Shown: in pieces, positions 10,252 through 22,487 of the stretch | Layout of the letters: each line of letters opens with the position of its first letter | How positions within the stretch are numbered: position 1 is the stretch's first letter | Assembly (NCBI RefSeq): GCF_001194135.2 | Contig: NC_068998.1 | Span: 4,574,968-4,607,402, forward strand | Direction of reading: 5' to 3' | Origin: Octopus bimaculoides | Lineage: Eukaryota | Length of the DNA: 32,435 nt | Position numbers and translations under genes: made by a program | Notes under the pieces: model-generated | The model's input: the letters and a program-made list of their open reading frames with translations, nothing else | The model's database searches: none | What the model was told of the DNA's origin: nothing

Positions 10252-10778
10252 ACGGTAACTAGAAACATATAAACCGCATCATTATACTTATTGTATATAC
10301 GTGTGTTTATGTGTGCGTGTATGTGAGCATAGGTGTGTATATATTTATAATGTAATACACATGTGTGTATGATACATATATCTATATATGCTCGTGTTTG
10401 TTTAGTGTTTTTTTGTTTTTTTTTACTGTCTGATCTTGATTGAAATATATAGGTGTATGTCTGTCTGTGTATGTGTGCGTGTGCATGACACGTACGTGTG
10501 TGCATTTGTATGTGAGCGCCTGTGTAGTTATGTATGGCTGTGAAGGTTTGTGTGTACCGAGTTTGCTGTCTATAAACAAACAGGAATGTTAGTCATTTTA
10601 TTCCGATATTCCTATACATGACTATTGAGGTTGGCTGTGATTGTTTACACCTCACACTTGCAATGACTTCTCCATATGCTCCACACTCTGCCATACAGAG
10701 ATTAAACAAGCAAACAAGCAAACAAACGAATCTAACGGGTCATATATGCACTGACACACATACAAGCACATACGCAAG

Positions 10779-10809
<31 letters not shown>

Positions 10810-11169
10810 GTATAGATTTGCATACAATCACAAGTCGTCAGAAACAGACAGGCGAACAAATATATAGGGATACACACGGATATACATACATGCGGGCTTG
10901 CATATATGCATGTTGTACTCACATATATTGAATATTTGGAGGTACAGAATGGGTCAGTTCAATGGACAGCGTGGAGAAGTATGCATACACACAGACATAC
11001 ATGCATACACACACACATGCATACACATACATACAAATTACAATATGTACGGCAAACAGGAAGAGAGAAAGGGAGAGAGAAGTGCAGGAGAGAGATAGAG
11101 AGAGTTAATAAGAGAGAGAAAGAGAGAAGTGTATTACAGAGAACGCGGGAAGTGGTCTTTATCCAGTAT

Positions 11170-11244
11170 GTTCCTTTTTGTTAGAACTGTAAAATCTGAT
11201 TTGAGGGAAATTTAGTGTCTATTTCTAGTAGGTCAAGCGACCTC
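11170..11244 (+). repeat. Family D repeat, copy 4
   Basis: ATTTGAGGGAAATTTAGTGTCTATTTCTAGTAGGTCAAGCGACCTC, homologous to 4107-4152. Confidence 0.6.
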
Positions 11245-11610
11245 CTAATCAGATTTCTCGTTCACTTCTGAGTTTGAGGTGTATATGATAGTGTGCGTGT
11301 GTGTGTGTGTGTGTGAGAGAGAGATTGAGGTGGGGAGAGATTGAGTCTGTATGTGAATGAATGTTTAAGAATGCGTTCATGTTCGCCTGCCAACGTGTGT
11401 GTGTGTATTTATGTGTGTGTGCGTGTTTGTGTTTGTGTTTGTGTTTGTGTGTGTGTTTGTGTGTGCATGTCAGTGCATATCTCGGCGCTTTAATGTGTGT
11501 GCCTCGTGACCTTGATGAAGAGAGCATAGTTTTTGCATTACTATGTGTGCGGTTGTGTTTCCGTTTGCTCATTTGTAAGTTTTCTGTTCTAATATTTCTC
11601 CGAACGCACG

Positions 11611-11712
<102 letters not shown>

Positions 11713-11972
11713 AAGGCGCATGGCTTAGTGGTTAAGGATGTTGCACTCGTAATCGCGAGAGTAGTTTCGATTACTGGACCGGGCGATGCGTTGTGTTCTC
11801 GAACTTGAGCAAAACACTTCATTTCAAGTTGCACCAGTCCACTTAGCTGGCAACAACAAGCAATCCTACGACCGACCGACCGACCGACCGACGTCCCGTC
11901 CAAGGCTAGGAGGAATATATACGCCACGAGATCCGGGAAACCGGCCTTATGAGTCACGGCTCGGGAAGAACC
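11713..11972 (+). mobile_element. SINE family B-related (tRNA head, CORE-like TTGAGCAAAACACTT, same 3' tail as 2251 copy)
   Basis: AAGGCGCATGGCTTAGTGGTTAAG head, GACCGGGCGATG shared with the 2251 copy, tail GTCCCGTCCA...CCGGGAAACCGGCCTTATGAG. Contains (CGAC)6 at 11869-11892. Confidence 0.85.
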
Positions 11973-12537
11973 TTTGATACATTTTTCTTAATATATGTAA
12001 CTGTATGTGTATCTTATATCAAGTCACTCTTAGAGCTGCTGCTAACATAAAACACACCCTGTCGTATAGCGGGTCTGTCGGCATCTAAACTGGCAACCCA
12101 GCCAGGCCGGTTTGACAAGGAGGATGGTTTTCATTGGACACTCTTCAGGGCAAAAAAAACAAAACCTAACAAAGAGCAGATGGACTCAGTCGAGTCGACA
12201 GCTATCCAACAGCGAGGAGTGAATAAGCCACAGTCTTTGTTTAGACATCTCTCTGGGAGACCGAACAGTTTGCGACTTGGTTTGCATTCAATGATATAGA
12301 CTAGTTGTTCATTTTGGGCAAATGCATACGTTGTTTAGAGAGTTTGATCGGCTCTGCGCAAGGCCTTTCCTCGCCTTTCAAAGATTCTAGTACAGGCATC
12401 TCTTGATTTTTAAAATCTCTAATAACAGTTCCATTATATGTTGCATACTATGGTTGATCATGGCCGAAAAAGCCAAACACTCAATGGAAAAGTCCTTTCA
12501 TGCAATGAAAGCAAAAACCAGCGTGTGAAGTAAACTC

Positions 12538-12563
12538 TGAAGGGCTGAAGGGCTGAAGGGCTA
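12538..12563. repeat. 8-bp tandem repeat (CTGAAGGG)x3
   Basis: Read directly from the sequence. Confidence 0.9.
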
Positions 12564-12646
12564 TAGTAAAAAACTTAATTCTACAAGTCTAAAAGTACAT
12601 CCACCCGGATAATCTCCAATCCTTTAAGAAACAAATTCTAAACACT

Positions 12647-12819
12647 CTTTTCTACTCTAGGCACAAGGTCCGAAATTTTGGGGTACTTAATTTGTCGATC
12701 CCAAAGGGATGAAAGGCAAAGTCGAGCTCGGCGGAATTTGAGCTCAGAACATAAAAAGACAGACGAAATACCGCTAAACATTTCGCCCGGCGTGCTAACG
12801 TTTCTGCCAGCTCACCACC
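12647..12819 (-). mobile_element. SINE family A, young-type, internal deletion in 3' half
   Basis: Reverse complement of head, body and tail. TTAAGTA is joined directly to CCCCAAAATTTCGG. Confidence 0.9.
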
Positions 12820-13149
12820 ACCCTGTACTAAGAAAGAAAACTGAATGGTCTCGTGTGGAAAGTTTTGTTCACAAATCTGTCTGCCTTTATTCGAAACAAC
12901 TTTGCTCGGCTTCAGCAACAGTTTCATTGAGGACTGAGTTGGCTGACCTCATTTTATCTGTCACAATCATTGATTGTCTCTTGATAAAACACACACATAC
13001 GGATCTGTGTGCATTTAGATAGAGAACGGGAGAGAGAGCGGAGATGGAGGATCGGAAAAAAGTAGTTTCAGCGGAAAGATACTTTGCTAGACAGATAGAG
13101 TGACAAATTTGATAGATATATACGCGTGTGTATGTGATCATGTATCTCT

Positions 13150-14500
<1,351 letters not shown>

Positions 14501-15466
14501 CACATCAGATAGATTTTATGAATATAATGAATCACTGAATTATTTCACTACAGAACGTGTTCAAACGTTGTCTCATAAACGAACGAAGTAGATTATAAAG
14601 CTAGTTCTCTTCTTTTTCCTTTTCCTTTTCCTTTTTTAAAAAAATTTTGGTGACGGGGAAGAAAAGGGGAAGTAAGTTATTCACCATAGACTAGCGGCGT
14701 GTCCTGGATCATTGGTTACTCGTCTGCTCCAGTTTATAATCTGTACAAATTATTCATATACGTATCTCGTATACATGCCTCATATCTGGTTTCTGAGTAG
14801 GTTACCTNNNNNNNNNNNNNNNNNNNNNNNNNNNNNNNNNNNNNNNNNNNNNNNNNNNNNNNNNNNNNNNNNNNNNNNNNNNNNNNNNNNNNNNNNNNNN
14901 NNNNNNNNNNNNNNNNNNNNNNNNNNNNNNNNNNNNNNNNNNNNNNNNNNNNNNNNNNNNNNNNNNNNNNNNNNNNNNNNNNNNNNNNNNNNNNNNNNNN
15001 NNNNNNNNNNNNNNNNNNNNNNNNNNNNNNNNNNNNNNNNNNNNNNNNNNNNNNNNNNNNNNNNNNNNNNNNNNNNNNNNNNNNNNNNNNNNNNNNNNNN
15101 NNNNNNNNNNNNNNNNNNNNNNNNNNNNNNNNNNNNNNNNNNNNNNNNNNNNNNNNNNNNNNNNNNNNNNNNNNNNNNNNNNNNNNNNNNNNNNNNNNNN
15201 NNNNNNNNNNNNNNNNNNNNNNNNNNNNNNNNNNNNNNNNNNNNNNNNNNNNNNNNNNNNNNNNNNNNNNNNNNNNNNNNNNNNNNNNNNNNNNNNNNNN
15301 NNNNNNNNNNNNNNNNNNNNNNNNNNNNNNNNNNNNNNNNNNNNNNNNNNNNNNNNNNNNNNNNNNNNNNNNNNNNNNNNNNNNNNNNNNNNNNNNNNNN
15401 NNNNNNNNNNNNNNNNNNNNNNNNNNNNNNNNNNNNNNNNNNNNNNNNNNNNNNNNNNNNNNNNNN

Positions 15467-15506
<40 letters not shown>

Positions 15507-15555
15507 TGTATGTATGTATGCATGTATGTATGTGTGTATGTATGTATAGTTATAC

Positions 15556-15727
15556 ACGTGTGTGTGTGTGTGTGTTTGAGTCTGTGTTTGTCCCCCATCA
15601 CCACTTGACAATCGGCATTGGTGCGTTTATATCCCCGTAACATAGCGGTTCGGCAAAATTGCCCGATAGAATTAGTACTAGGCCTTCTAAAAAAAAAACG
15701 AAGCCCATGTGTCGATTTGTCCGACTC
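15556..15727 (+). mobile_element. SINE family C 3' half, following its internal microsatellite
   Basis: GTGTTTGTCCCCC..CACTTGACAATCGG..GTAACATAGCGGTTCGGCAAAA..GATAGAATTAGTACTAGGC matches 5010-5120. Confidence 0.85.
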
Positions 15728-16062
15728 GTTAATTTCACGAGTAGGCTGTTCCGTTGATCGGATTAATTGGAACCTTCGTCAACGCAACCGACGGAGCGCC
15801 ACAAATATTTATTATGTCCTGTATATAATTATGCGTCTATATATATATGTGTGTGTGTTTGTACTCCTATATCTGGGCATGTATAACTTGTATATGTGAC
15901 TGAATATAATCGTTTACACGTTTATGAATGCGTTGTGTGTGTACGCATTTGTGCGTGCGTGCGTGCGTGTTAGTGTTTGTATGTGTCAGCGCGAGTTGTG
16001 ATATTTTTTAGCTTCTAAGCGTATTGAAAGCATGGCAGCCTAGTGAAAGATGTAAATAGTAT

Positions 16063-16083
16063 CACTAGCGCCACCTGTTGCTT
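16063..16083 (-). promoter_or_regulatory. CTCF-like binding motif
   Basis: Minus strand reads AAGCAACAGGTGGCGCTAGTG versus the CTCF core CCACCAGGTGGCGCTA. Motif match only. Confidence 0.35.
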
Positions 16084-16285
16084 CAGCTGGGAACTTGAAC
16101 TTCTATCACGACACAGACACAGCTGTCAGTCTCAGCCGGTACTCGCCGTCTGCCCGCTTGTATGTCTCTCACTCTCTCACTGTATATCTGTCTCTCCCTT
16201 TTGTCTACCACACACTCTTCCCCACTCACTCGTTCTCTCTCTCTCTCTCCTACCCTCTCTCTCTGTCTCTCTCTATCTCTCTCTC

Positions 16286-16319
<34 letters not shown>

Positions 16320-16374
16320 ACCGTCTACTGGAACAGAATGCGAAAACGATAATGCGATCCCATATTTTGAACCT

Positions 16375-16407
<33 letters not shown>

Positions 16408-17686
16408 NNNNNNNNNNNNNNNNNNNNNNNNNNNNNNNNNNNNNNNNNNNNNNNNNNNNNNNNNNNNNNNNNNNNNNNNNNNNNNNNNNNNNNNNNNNNN
16501 NNNNNNNNNNNNNNNNNNNNNNNNNNNNNNNNNNNNNNNNNNNNNNNNNNNNNNNNNNNNNNNNNNNNNNNNNNNNNNNNNNNNNNNNNNNNNNNNNNNN
16601 NNNNNNNNNNNNNNNNNNNNNNNNNNNNNNNNNNNNNNNNNNNNNNNNNNNNNNNNNNNNNNNNNNNNNNNNNNNNNNNNNNNNNNNNNNNNNNNNNNNN
16701 NNNNNNNNNNNNNNNNNNNNNNNNNNNNNNNNNNNNNNNNNNNNNNNNNNNNNNNNNNNNNNNNNNNNNNNNNNNNNNNNNNNNNNNNNNNNNNNNNNNN
16801 NNNNNNNNNNNNNNNNNNNNNNNNNNNNNNNNNNNNNNNNNNNNNNNNNNNNNNNNNNNNNNNNNNNNNNNNNNNNNNNNNNNNNNNNNNNNNNNNNNNN
16901 NNNNNNNNNNNNNNNNNNNNNNNNNNNNNNNNNNNNNNNNNNNNNNNNNNNNNNNNNNNNNNNNNNNNNNNNNNNNNNNNNNNNNNNNNNNNNNNNNNNN
17001 NNNNNNNNNNNNNNNNNNNNNNNNNNNNNNNNNNNNNNNNNNNNNNNNNNNNNNNNNNNNNNNNNNNNNNNNNNNNNNNNNNNNNNNNNNNNNNNNNNNN
17101 NNNNNNNNNNNNNNNNNNNNNNNNNNNNNNNNNNNNNNNNNNNNNNNNNNNNNNNNNNNNNNNNNNNNNNNNNNNNNNNNNNNNNNNNNNNNNNNNNNNN
17201 NNNNNNNNNNNNNNNNNNNNNNNNNNNNNNNNNNNNNNNNNNNNNNNNNNNNNNNNNNNNNNNNNNNNNNNNNNNNNNNNNNNNNNNNNNNNNNNNNNNN
17301 NNNNNNNNNNNNNNNNNNNNNNNNNNNNNNNNNNNNNNNNNNNNNNNNNNNNNNNNNNNNNNNNNNNNNNNNNNNNNNNNNNNNNNNNNNNNNNATATAT
17401 ATATATATATATAAACATATATACATATATATATATGAGTGTTTATTTATTTGTGTGAGGCTCTTGATTATTAGCGAATATAAATGATTGTGTGGAATAT
17501 TGTTTTGTAAATTCTTTCAGTTATGTGTAAAATGAATATCCTAAAAGCTTATCAGTAATGCGTTATCGTTTCGTCGGAGCACAGGTCGGCAGAAGAACGA
17601 TAAAGATAGACGGATAGATAGATAGAGGAATAAATAAATGTATAGAAAGAGAAGCGAAGGACAGAGAGGGAGAATTGCAGATTTAG

Positions 17687-17723
<37 letters not shown>

Positions 17724-17824
17724 AGAGGGGTGGTGGAATGGCGATAAGATAATGTTAAATATTTTGCTAGTTTTATGGCAACATTTGATGAGTGTGATAC
17801 AGGTGTTAAGTAGGTAGCCATCTT

Positions 17825-17930
17825 GTTGTCTGCCGTCGTCTACCGTCGCCTGCCGTCGTCTACCGTCGCCTGCCGTTGTCTACCGTCGCCTGCCGTCATC
17901 TATCGTCTCCGCTATCGCTCCGCCGTCGCC
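17825..17930. repeat. GC-rich minisatellite: 10-bp units in a 20-bp higher-order repeat (GTCGTCTACC GTCGCCTGCC)
   Basis: About three 20-bp units plus degenerate flanks, read directly. Confidence 0.9.
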
Positions 17931-18306
17931 ATTACTGCTTTCGTTTCTATTGTAGTTTAGTCCTAATTGAGCTTACCTATGCTCAAAGGTTAGCCTTCCG
18001 GCCATGACAAACACGTCTTTTATTCTGACAGTGCATCAAAGCCTATATTGTTCAATATATTCTATTGCGTGACAATTTCGCTGCTATTTCTAACAGATCG
18101 TCGTTTATATCGCGATTTCCTTCTTAGCTCGTTCAAATGTTATTGTTTCTTTTGAGTTGACAGACGTTATTTTCTTCAAATTGTTGCACGTTGTGCTGAG
18201 GGTGAAGAGGGGGCGTAAGCTGTAGTGTTTACCAAAGAGTCTGACCCTTAAAACAGAAAACTGCCAAATTACAAGAAACACAATTTGTTTTATTATAAGA
18301 GATTTC

Positions 18307-18521
18307 AAGGCAGCGTGCTGGCAGAATCGTTAGCACGCCAGGCGGAATGCTTAGCAGTATTTCGTCTGTCTTTACGTTCTGAGTTCAAATTCCGCCGAGG
18401 TCGACTTTGCTTTTCATCTTTTCGGGGTCGACAAATTAAGTACCAGTTGCGTACTGGGTCGATCTAATCAATTGGCTCCCTCCCCCAAAATTTCGGGCCT
18501 TGTGCCTAGAATAGAAAAGAA
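18307..18521 (+). mobile_element. SINE family A, young-type, full-length
   Basis: Complete head through GGGCCTTGTGCCTAGAATAGAAAAGAA. Confidence 0.92.
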
Positions 18522-18539
18522 GTCCCCCAAATAGCTGTA

Positions 18540-18828
18540 TAGTAATCCCTCGACTATCGCGGGTGCTACGTTCGAAAACGTCCCACAGGAAATAATTTAA
18601 ATCAACAAAAATATAAATACGTATCGGCCGCAGAAACCCGCGATATACTGAGGAGTCCGCGATATAAATTTACGTATATTAACAAGAAAAATCCGCGATG
18701 TACTGAGTGCGCGATAGGTGTGTAGAGACAGAGACTTCGTTTGGTCCTACCTGAGATTAGAAATCGAATCGCAGGTAGGACCAAACGAGGTCTCTACACG
18801 TGAGCCGCGATATGGCGAGAGATAACTG
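18540..18828. mobile_element. pogo/Tigger-type MITE (Tc1/mariner superfamily), TA target duplication
   Basis: Left TA|TAGTAATCCCTCGACTATCGCGG. Right end reverse complement CAGTTATCTCTCGCCATATCGCGG|TA. Internal CCGCGAT subterminal repeats. The TIR resembles CAGTAATCCCTCG-type Tigger ends. Confidence 0.8.
18721..18798. mobile_element. 78-bp hairpin insertion with TGT...ACA termini nested in the MITE
   Basis: TGTAGAGAC(AGAGAC)TTCGTTTGGTCCTACCTGAGATT / AATCGCAGGTAGGACCAAACGAGGTCTCTACA, flanked by GGTG and CGTG. Confidence 0.7.
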
Positions 18829-19299
18829 TAGTTCATCCAACAGAATTTCCTGCCATTTCCATTGGCATTACTTCACTTACAAAACACTTGGGTCGTCTCG
18901 AAGCTATTCTAGAAGTAAATCACTTGTTCAAACCCGGAAGTACAGAATGACGAAGCAAACTCATTTAACTTCACAGCAGCGCTTGCACCTATCAGGTTTT
19001 TGTTAATATCAATATGTCACTTCACAAGAAACTATAAGGCAGTACTATTTCACCTCAGCTTGCTCTAGCAAAAATAGAAGTAAAACGATGTCCGTTTTTC
19101 TCATTGAATGCTACAAAGCTGACATAAGTCCTCCTTACAGCTACGTCACACCATATTTGCATATTTCTATACGACTTTTATTAAACTGTGAAAATATATA
19201 GTTTTTATTTAAAGTAGTTTTATTTTTCGATTCATTTTTTCTGCATGAAATAGTTGTTCAACATACACACAAACATATCTATCTATCTGTCTGTCTATC

Positions 19300-19412
<113 letters not shown>

Positions 19413-19425
19413 GTCTGTCTGTCTA

Positions 19426-19484
<59 letters not shown>

Positions 19485-19499
19485 CTGTGTGTATGAATA

Positions 19500-19535
<36 letters not shown>

Positions 19536-19545
19536 CATATATGTA

Positions 19546-19580
<35 letters not shown>

Positions 19581-19957
19581 GCAATATATAAATAGGTACA
19601 TGCATAGAGAAAGGGCGTGGTATCAGTAACCACACGCCCTCTCTTGTATCAATATCTAACCTAGTGTTAAATTTCACTTTGTCTATTTCTGTCTTTTTCT
19701 GCGTTACACAAAACACACACAGGCTATTATTATAAGTGATTGATCTCTTACCATTTATATTTTCTATGGCAGCTCAGCAATCTCTTTACCTGTAACTTCT
19801 CTATCTTTCATTTACCTTATCTCTCGTATCGTGTCATTTTTATTTACCTTATCTGTTTCGTCTATCTATCTATCTATCTATCTTATCTTATTTTATCATG
19901 CATACATTGACACATACATACACACACACACACGCACACACACACACACACACATAT

Positions 19958-20007
19958 ATATGACGAGCTTCTTTCAGTTTCCATTTACCAAATCCGCCCA
20001 CTAGGCT
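19958..20007 (-). mobile_element. SINE family C fragment adjacent to its microsatellite
   Basis: TGACGAGCTTCTTTCAGTTTCCATTTACCAAATCC is the reverse complement of the segment that precedes the internal microsatellite in family C. Confidence 0.8.
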
Positions 20008-20010
20008 ACC

Positions 20011-20011
<1 letters not shown>

Positions 20012-20044
<33 letters not shown>

Positions 20045-20307
20045 TAATAATAATAATAGTAATAATAATAATAATAATAGTAATAATAATCCTTTCTACT
20101 AAACGCACAAGGCCTGAAACTTAGCGGGAGGTGACTAGTCGATTACATCAACTGCTAGTATTTCACTGGTACTTGATTTATCGACTCCGAAAGGATGTAA
20201 GGCAAAAGTCGCCTTCGGCGGAATTCTGAACTTAGAACGTAAAGACGTTTGAAATGCCACTAAGCATTTCGTCCGACGTGCTAACGATCCTGACAGCTCG
20301 CCGCCTC
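20012..20307 (-). mobile_element. SINE family A full-length with (AAT)n tail, abutting the family C fragment
   Basis: Reverse complement from GAGGCGGCGAGCTGTCAGGATCGTTAG to AGTAGAAAGGATTATT, with tail at 20012-20090. Confidence 0.9.
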
Positions 20308-21531
20308 AACAACAACAACAACAACAGCATCGTGTTATTTGTTGCAATTCATAAAATCATGAAAGGAATGCAGCTATTTTGATATCGTCTGTGTATGTGT
20401 GTGGATGTGTGTATATGCGTGTACGTGTGCGTTTAGCTGGCAAGGAGTGGTTGATAGGTATGTGAGAGGTATTTCAGTATGGAGCTCATCAATTTTCGCA
20501 GACTAATATGTCAGAAAGACCGTGTTACAACAACCTCTCACATCGAAGAAGACGGCCTCTCACCTGCTCTACAATTGACAATGTCAATTGTACCCTTATT
20601 CGTCATACGAAATTTAGGAGGCTTCTTAATATTTCTCTACGCACATTCACAAACAGTCCTAGAATAATGTATGCTTATGCGCAGACAGATACCTACCTAG
20701 CTAGCTCTATAAATTCTCTGTTGAGTCACTACAAGTGACAAATTACTGGACTCGATACAAATGTAAAGTATTCTCTTCAATAACTGAACAAGCTTCACAT
20801 TTCAATACTCAGAATTACTTTTGTCTCCGATCAGTTGGTAAACAGAGCCTGGGTTTCATTTGAAATATTCAAGGTTTGAATATTTTTATAAATATTTCAG
20901 CAGTGAATATTTCCAGTGAGTACTCAAAATTGAAACCTTTCAGTTACAACGTCTCTCTCTCTCTCTCTCTCTCTCTNNNNNNNNNNNNNNNNNNNNNNNN
21001 NNNNNNNNNNNNNNNNNNNNNNNNNNNNNNNNNNNNNNNNNNNNNNNNNNNNNNNNNNNNNNNNNNNNNNNNNNNNNNNNNNNNNNNNNNNNNNNNNNNN
21101 NNNNNNNNNNNNNNNNNNNNNNNNNNNNNNNNNNNNNNNNNNNNNNNNNNNNNNNNNNNNNNNNNNNNNNNNNNNNNNNNNNNNNNNNNNNNNNNNNNNN
21201 NNNNNNNNNNNNNNNNNNNNNNNNNNNNNNNNNNNNNNNNNNNNNNNNNNNNNNNNNNNNNNNNNNNNNNNNNNNNNNNNNNNNNNNNNNNNNNNNNNNN
21301 NNNNNNNNNNNNNNNNNNNNNNNNNNNNNNNNNNNNNNNNNNNNNNNNNNNNNNNNNNNNNNNNNNNNNNNNNNNNNNNNNNNNNNNNNNNNNNNNNNNN
21401 NNNNNNNNNNNNNNNNNNNNNNNNNNNNNNNNNNNNNNNNNNNNNNNNNNNNNNNNNNNNNNNNNNNNNNNNNNNNNNNNNNNNNNNNNNNNNNNNNNNN
21501 NNNNNNNNNNNNNNNNNNNNNNNNNNNNNNN

Positions 21532-21584
<53 letters not shown>

Positions 21585-21781
21585 ATAAAGTGTGTGTGAA
21601 TAGGAAGAAAGTGCCGATGCATATATCGAAACAAAAGCATGCTATCTTTGTTCCGTTTCATTTACACAGACACTCCCTTGTCACACACGATCTCAGAGAT
21701 GCATTCAGTCTCTGATTGGTCGTTGAAATCCGGTAACATACGCAAGATACAAAAATAAATTATCTTTTCTGTTTTTTTTTC

Positions 21782-21897
21782 TTTTTTTGTTTTTTTTACT
21801 TCTTTCAGTCATAACACTGCGACCATGCAGTGGAACTGAACCCAAGACCATGTGACTGAGAATCAAACTTCTTACCAAACAGCCGCGTCTGCGCCTT
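21782..21897 (-). mobile_element. Internally deleted mini-SINE of family C (head fused to tail)
   Basis: Minus strand AAGGCGCAGACGCGGCTGTTTGGTAAGAAG...GGGTTCAGTTCCACTGCATGG|TCGCAGTGTTATGACTGAAAGAAGTAAAAAA joins the family C head (cf. 4805-4870) to the tail (cf. 5190-5230). Confidence 0.85.
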
Positions 21898-21898
21898 A

Positions 21899-22003
21899 GA
21901 AATATAGAAAGCTTCACGAACTTGCGTGTCATCCTTGTACAGGGGCCATGCTAATCTTCTCTATATCGCTGGAAATTTAGTACAAGCATAACCGAAGCTG
22001 CTC
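21899..22003 (-). pseudogene. U6: U6 snRNA pseudogene/retrocopy, essentially full length
   Basis: Minus strand GAGCAGCTTCGGTTATGCTTGTACTAAATTTCCAGCGATATAGAGAAGATTAGCATGGCCCCTGTACAAGGATGACACGCAAGTTCGTGAAGCTTTCTATATTT matches metazoan U6. The invariant ACAGAGA box is mutated to ATAGAGA, and no clear PSE is visible upstream. Confidence 0.93.
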
Positions 22004-22449
22004 TTCAAAATAATTCAAAATAAATTAATGAATCGTGCCAAGCAGCACATACGACCACTTTGTTTTCGTTTTGCAGCATCTTATTCTCTTTGAGTGTAAA
22101 TAGCCGAGTCTAAAAGCTGTCGTTATTTCTCCTAATTGATTCTGGTATCATTTACAACTCGTGGAACAGTTTTAGCTATTTGTTAGACATACTGTCAACC
22201 TCTTTATAGCAATATAGTCGAATTCCAATAGCCTCCTCTCAAATATTTCAACTCTGGTGTCATTTTACTGATGACTTCCTTTTAAAACTAAAGTCATTAG
22301 CAAAGTTCTGTGACTTAAATAATATATTTGGTAGCCATGTTTACATAAGCTCGTTTCTGCTCATGTTTCTTCCTGTGTTGTGTTCCGCTGAACACAATGG
22401 TTGAGGAAGCTTACCGGATTTTTAAACACGCACGCGCGCGCGCGCACAC

Positions 22450-22487
<38 letters not shown>

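Noticed and set aside
18830-19200. Possible decayed hAT transposase C-terminus on the minus strand
   Set aside because: Only vague motif resemblance (SCEVT) with stops. Not supportable without alignment.
20430-20670. Possible hAT/Buster dimerisation-domain remnant on the minus strand (DVR...AKIDEL)
   Set aside because: Fragments lie in different frames and similarity is at chance level by eye.
22035-22052. GCAGCACATA, matching part of the U6 5' end on the plus strand next to the U6 pseudogene
   Set aside because: Only a 10-nt match with no further U6 sequence, so probably coincidence.
22004-22075. Functional U6 promoter (TATA/PSE) upstream of the U6 copy
   Set aside because: Only generic AT-rich sequence and no recognisable PSE. 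The ACAGAGA box is mutated, so the copy is called a pseudogene.
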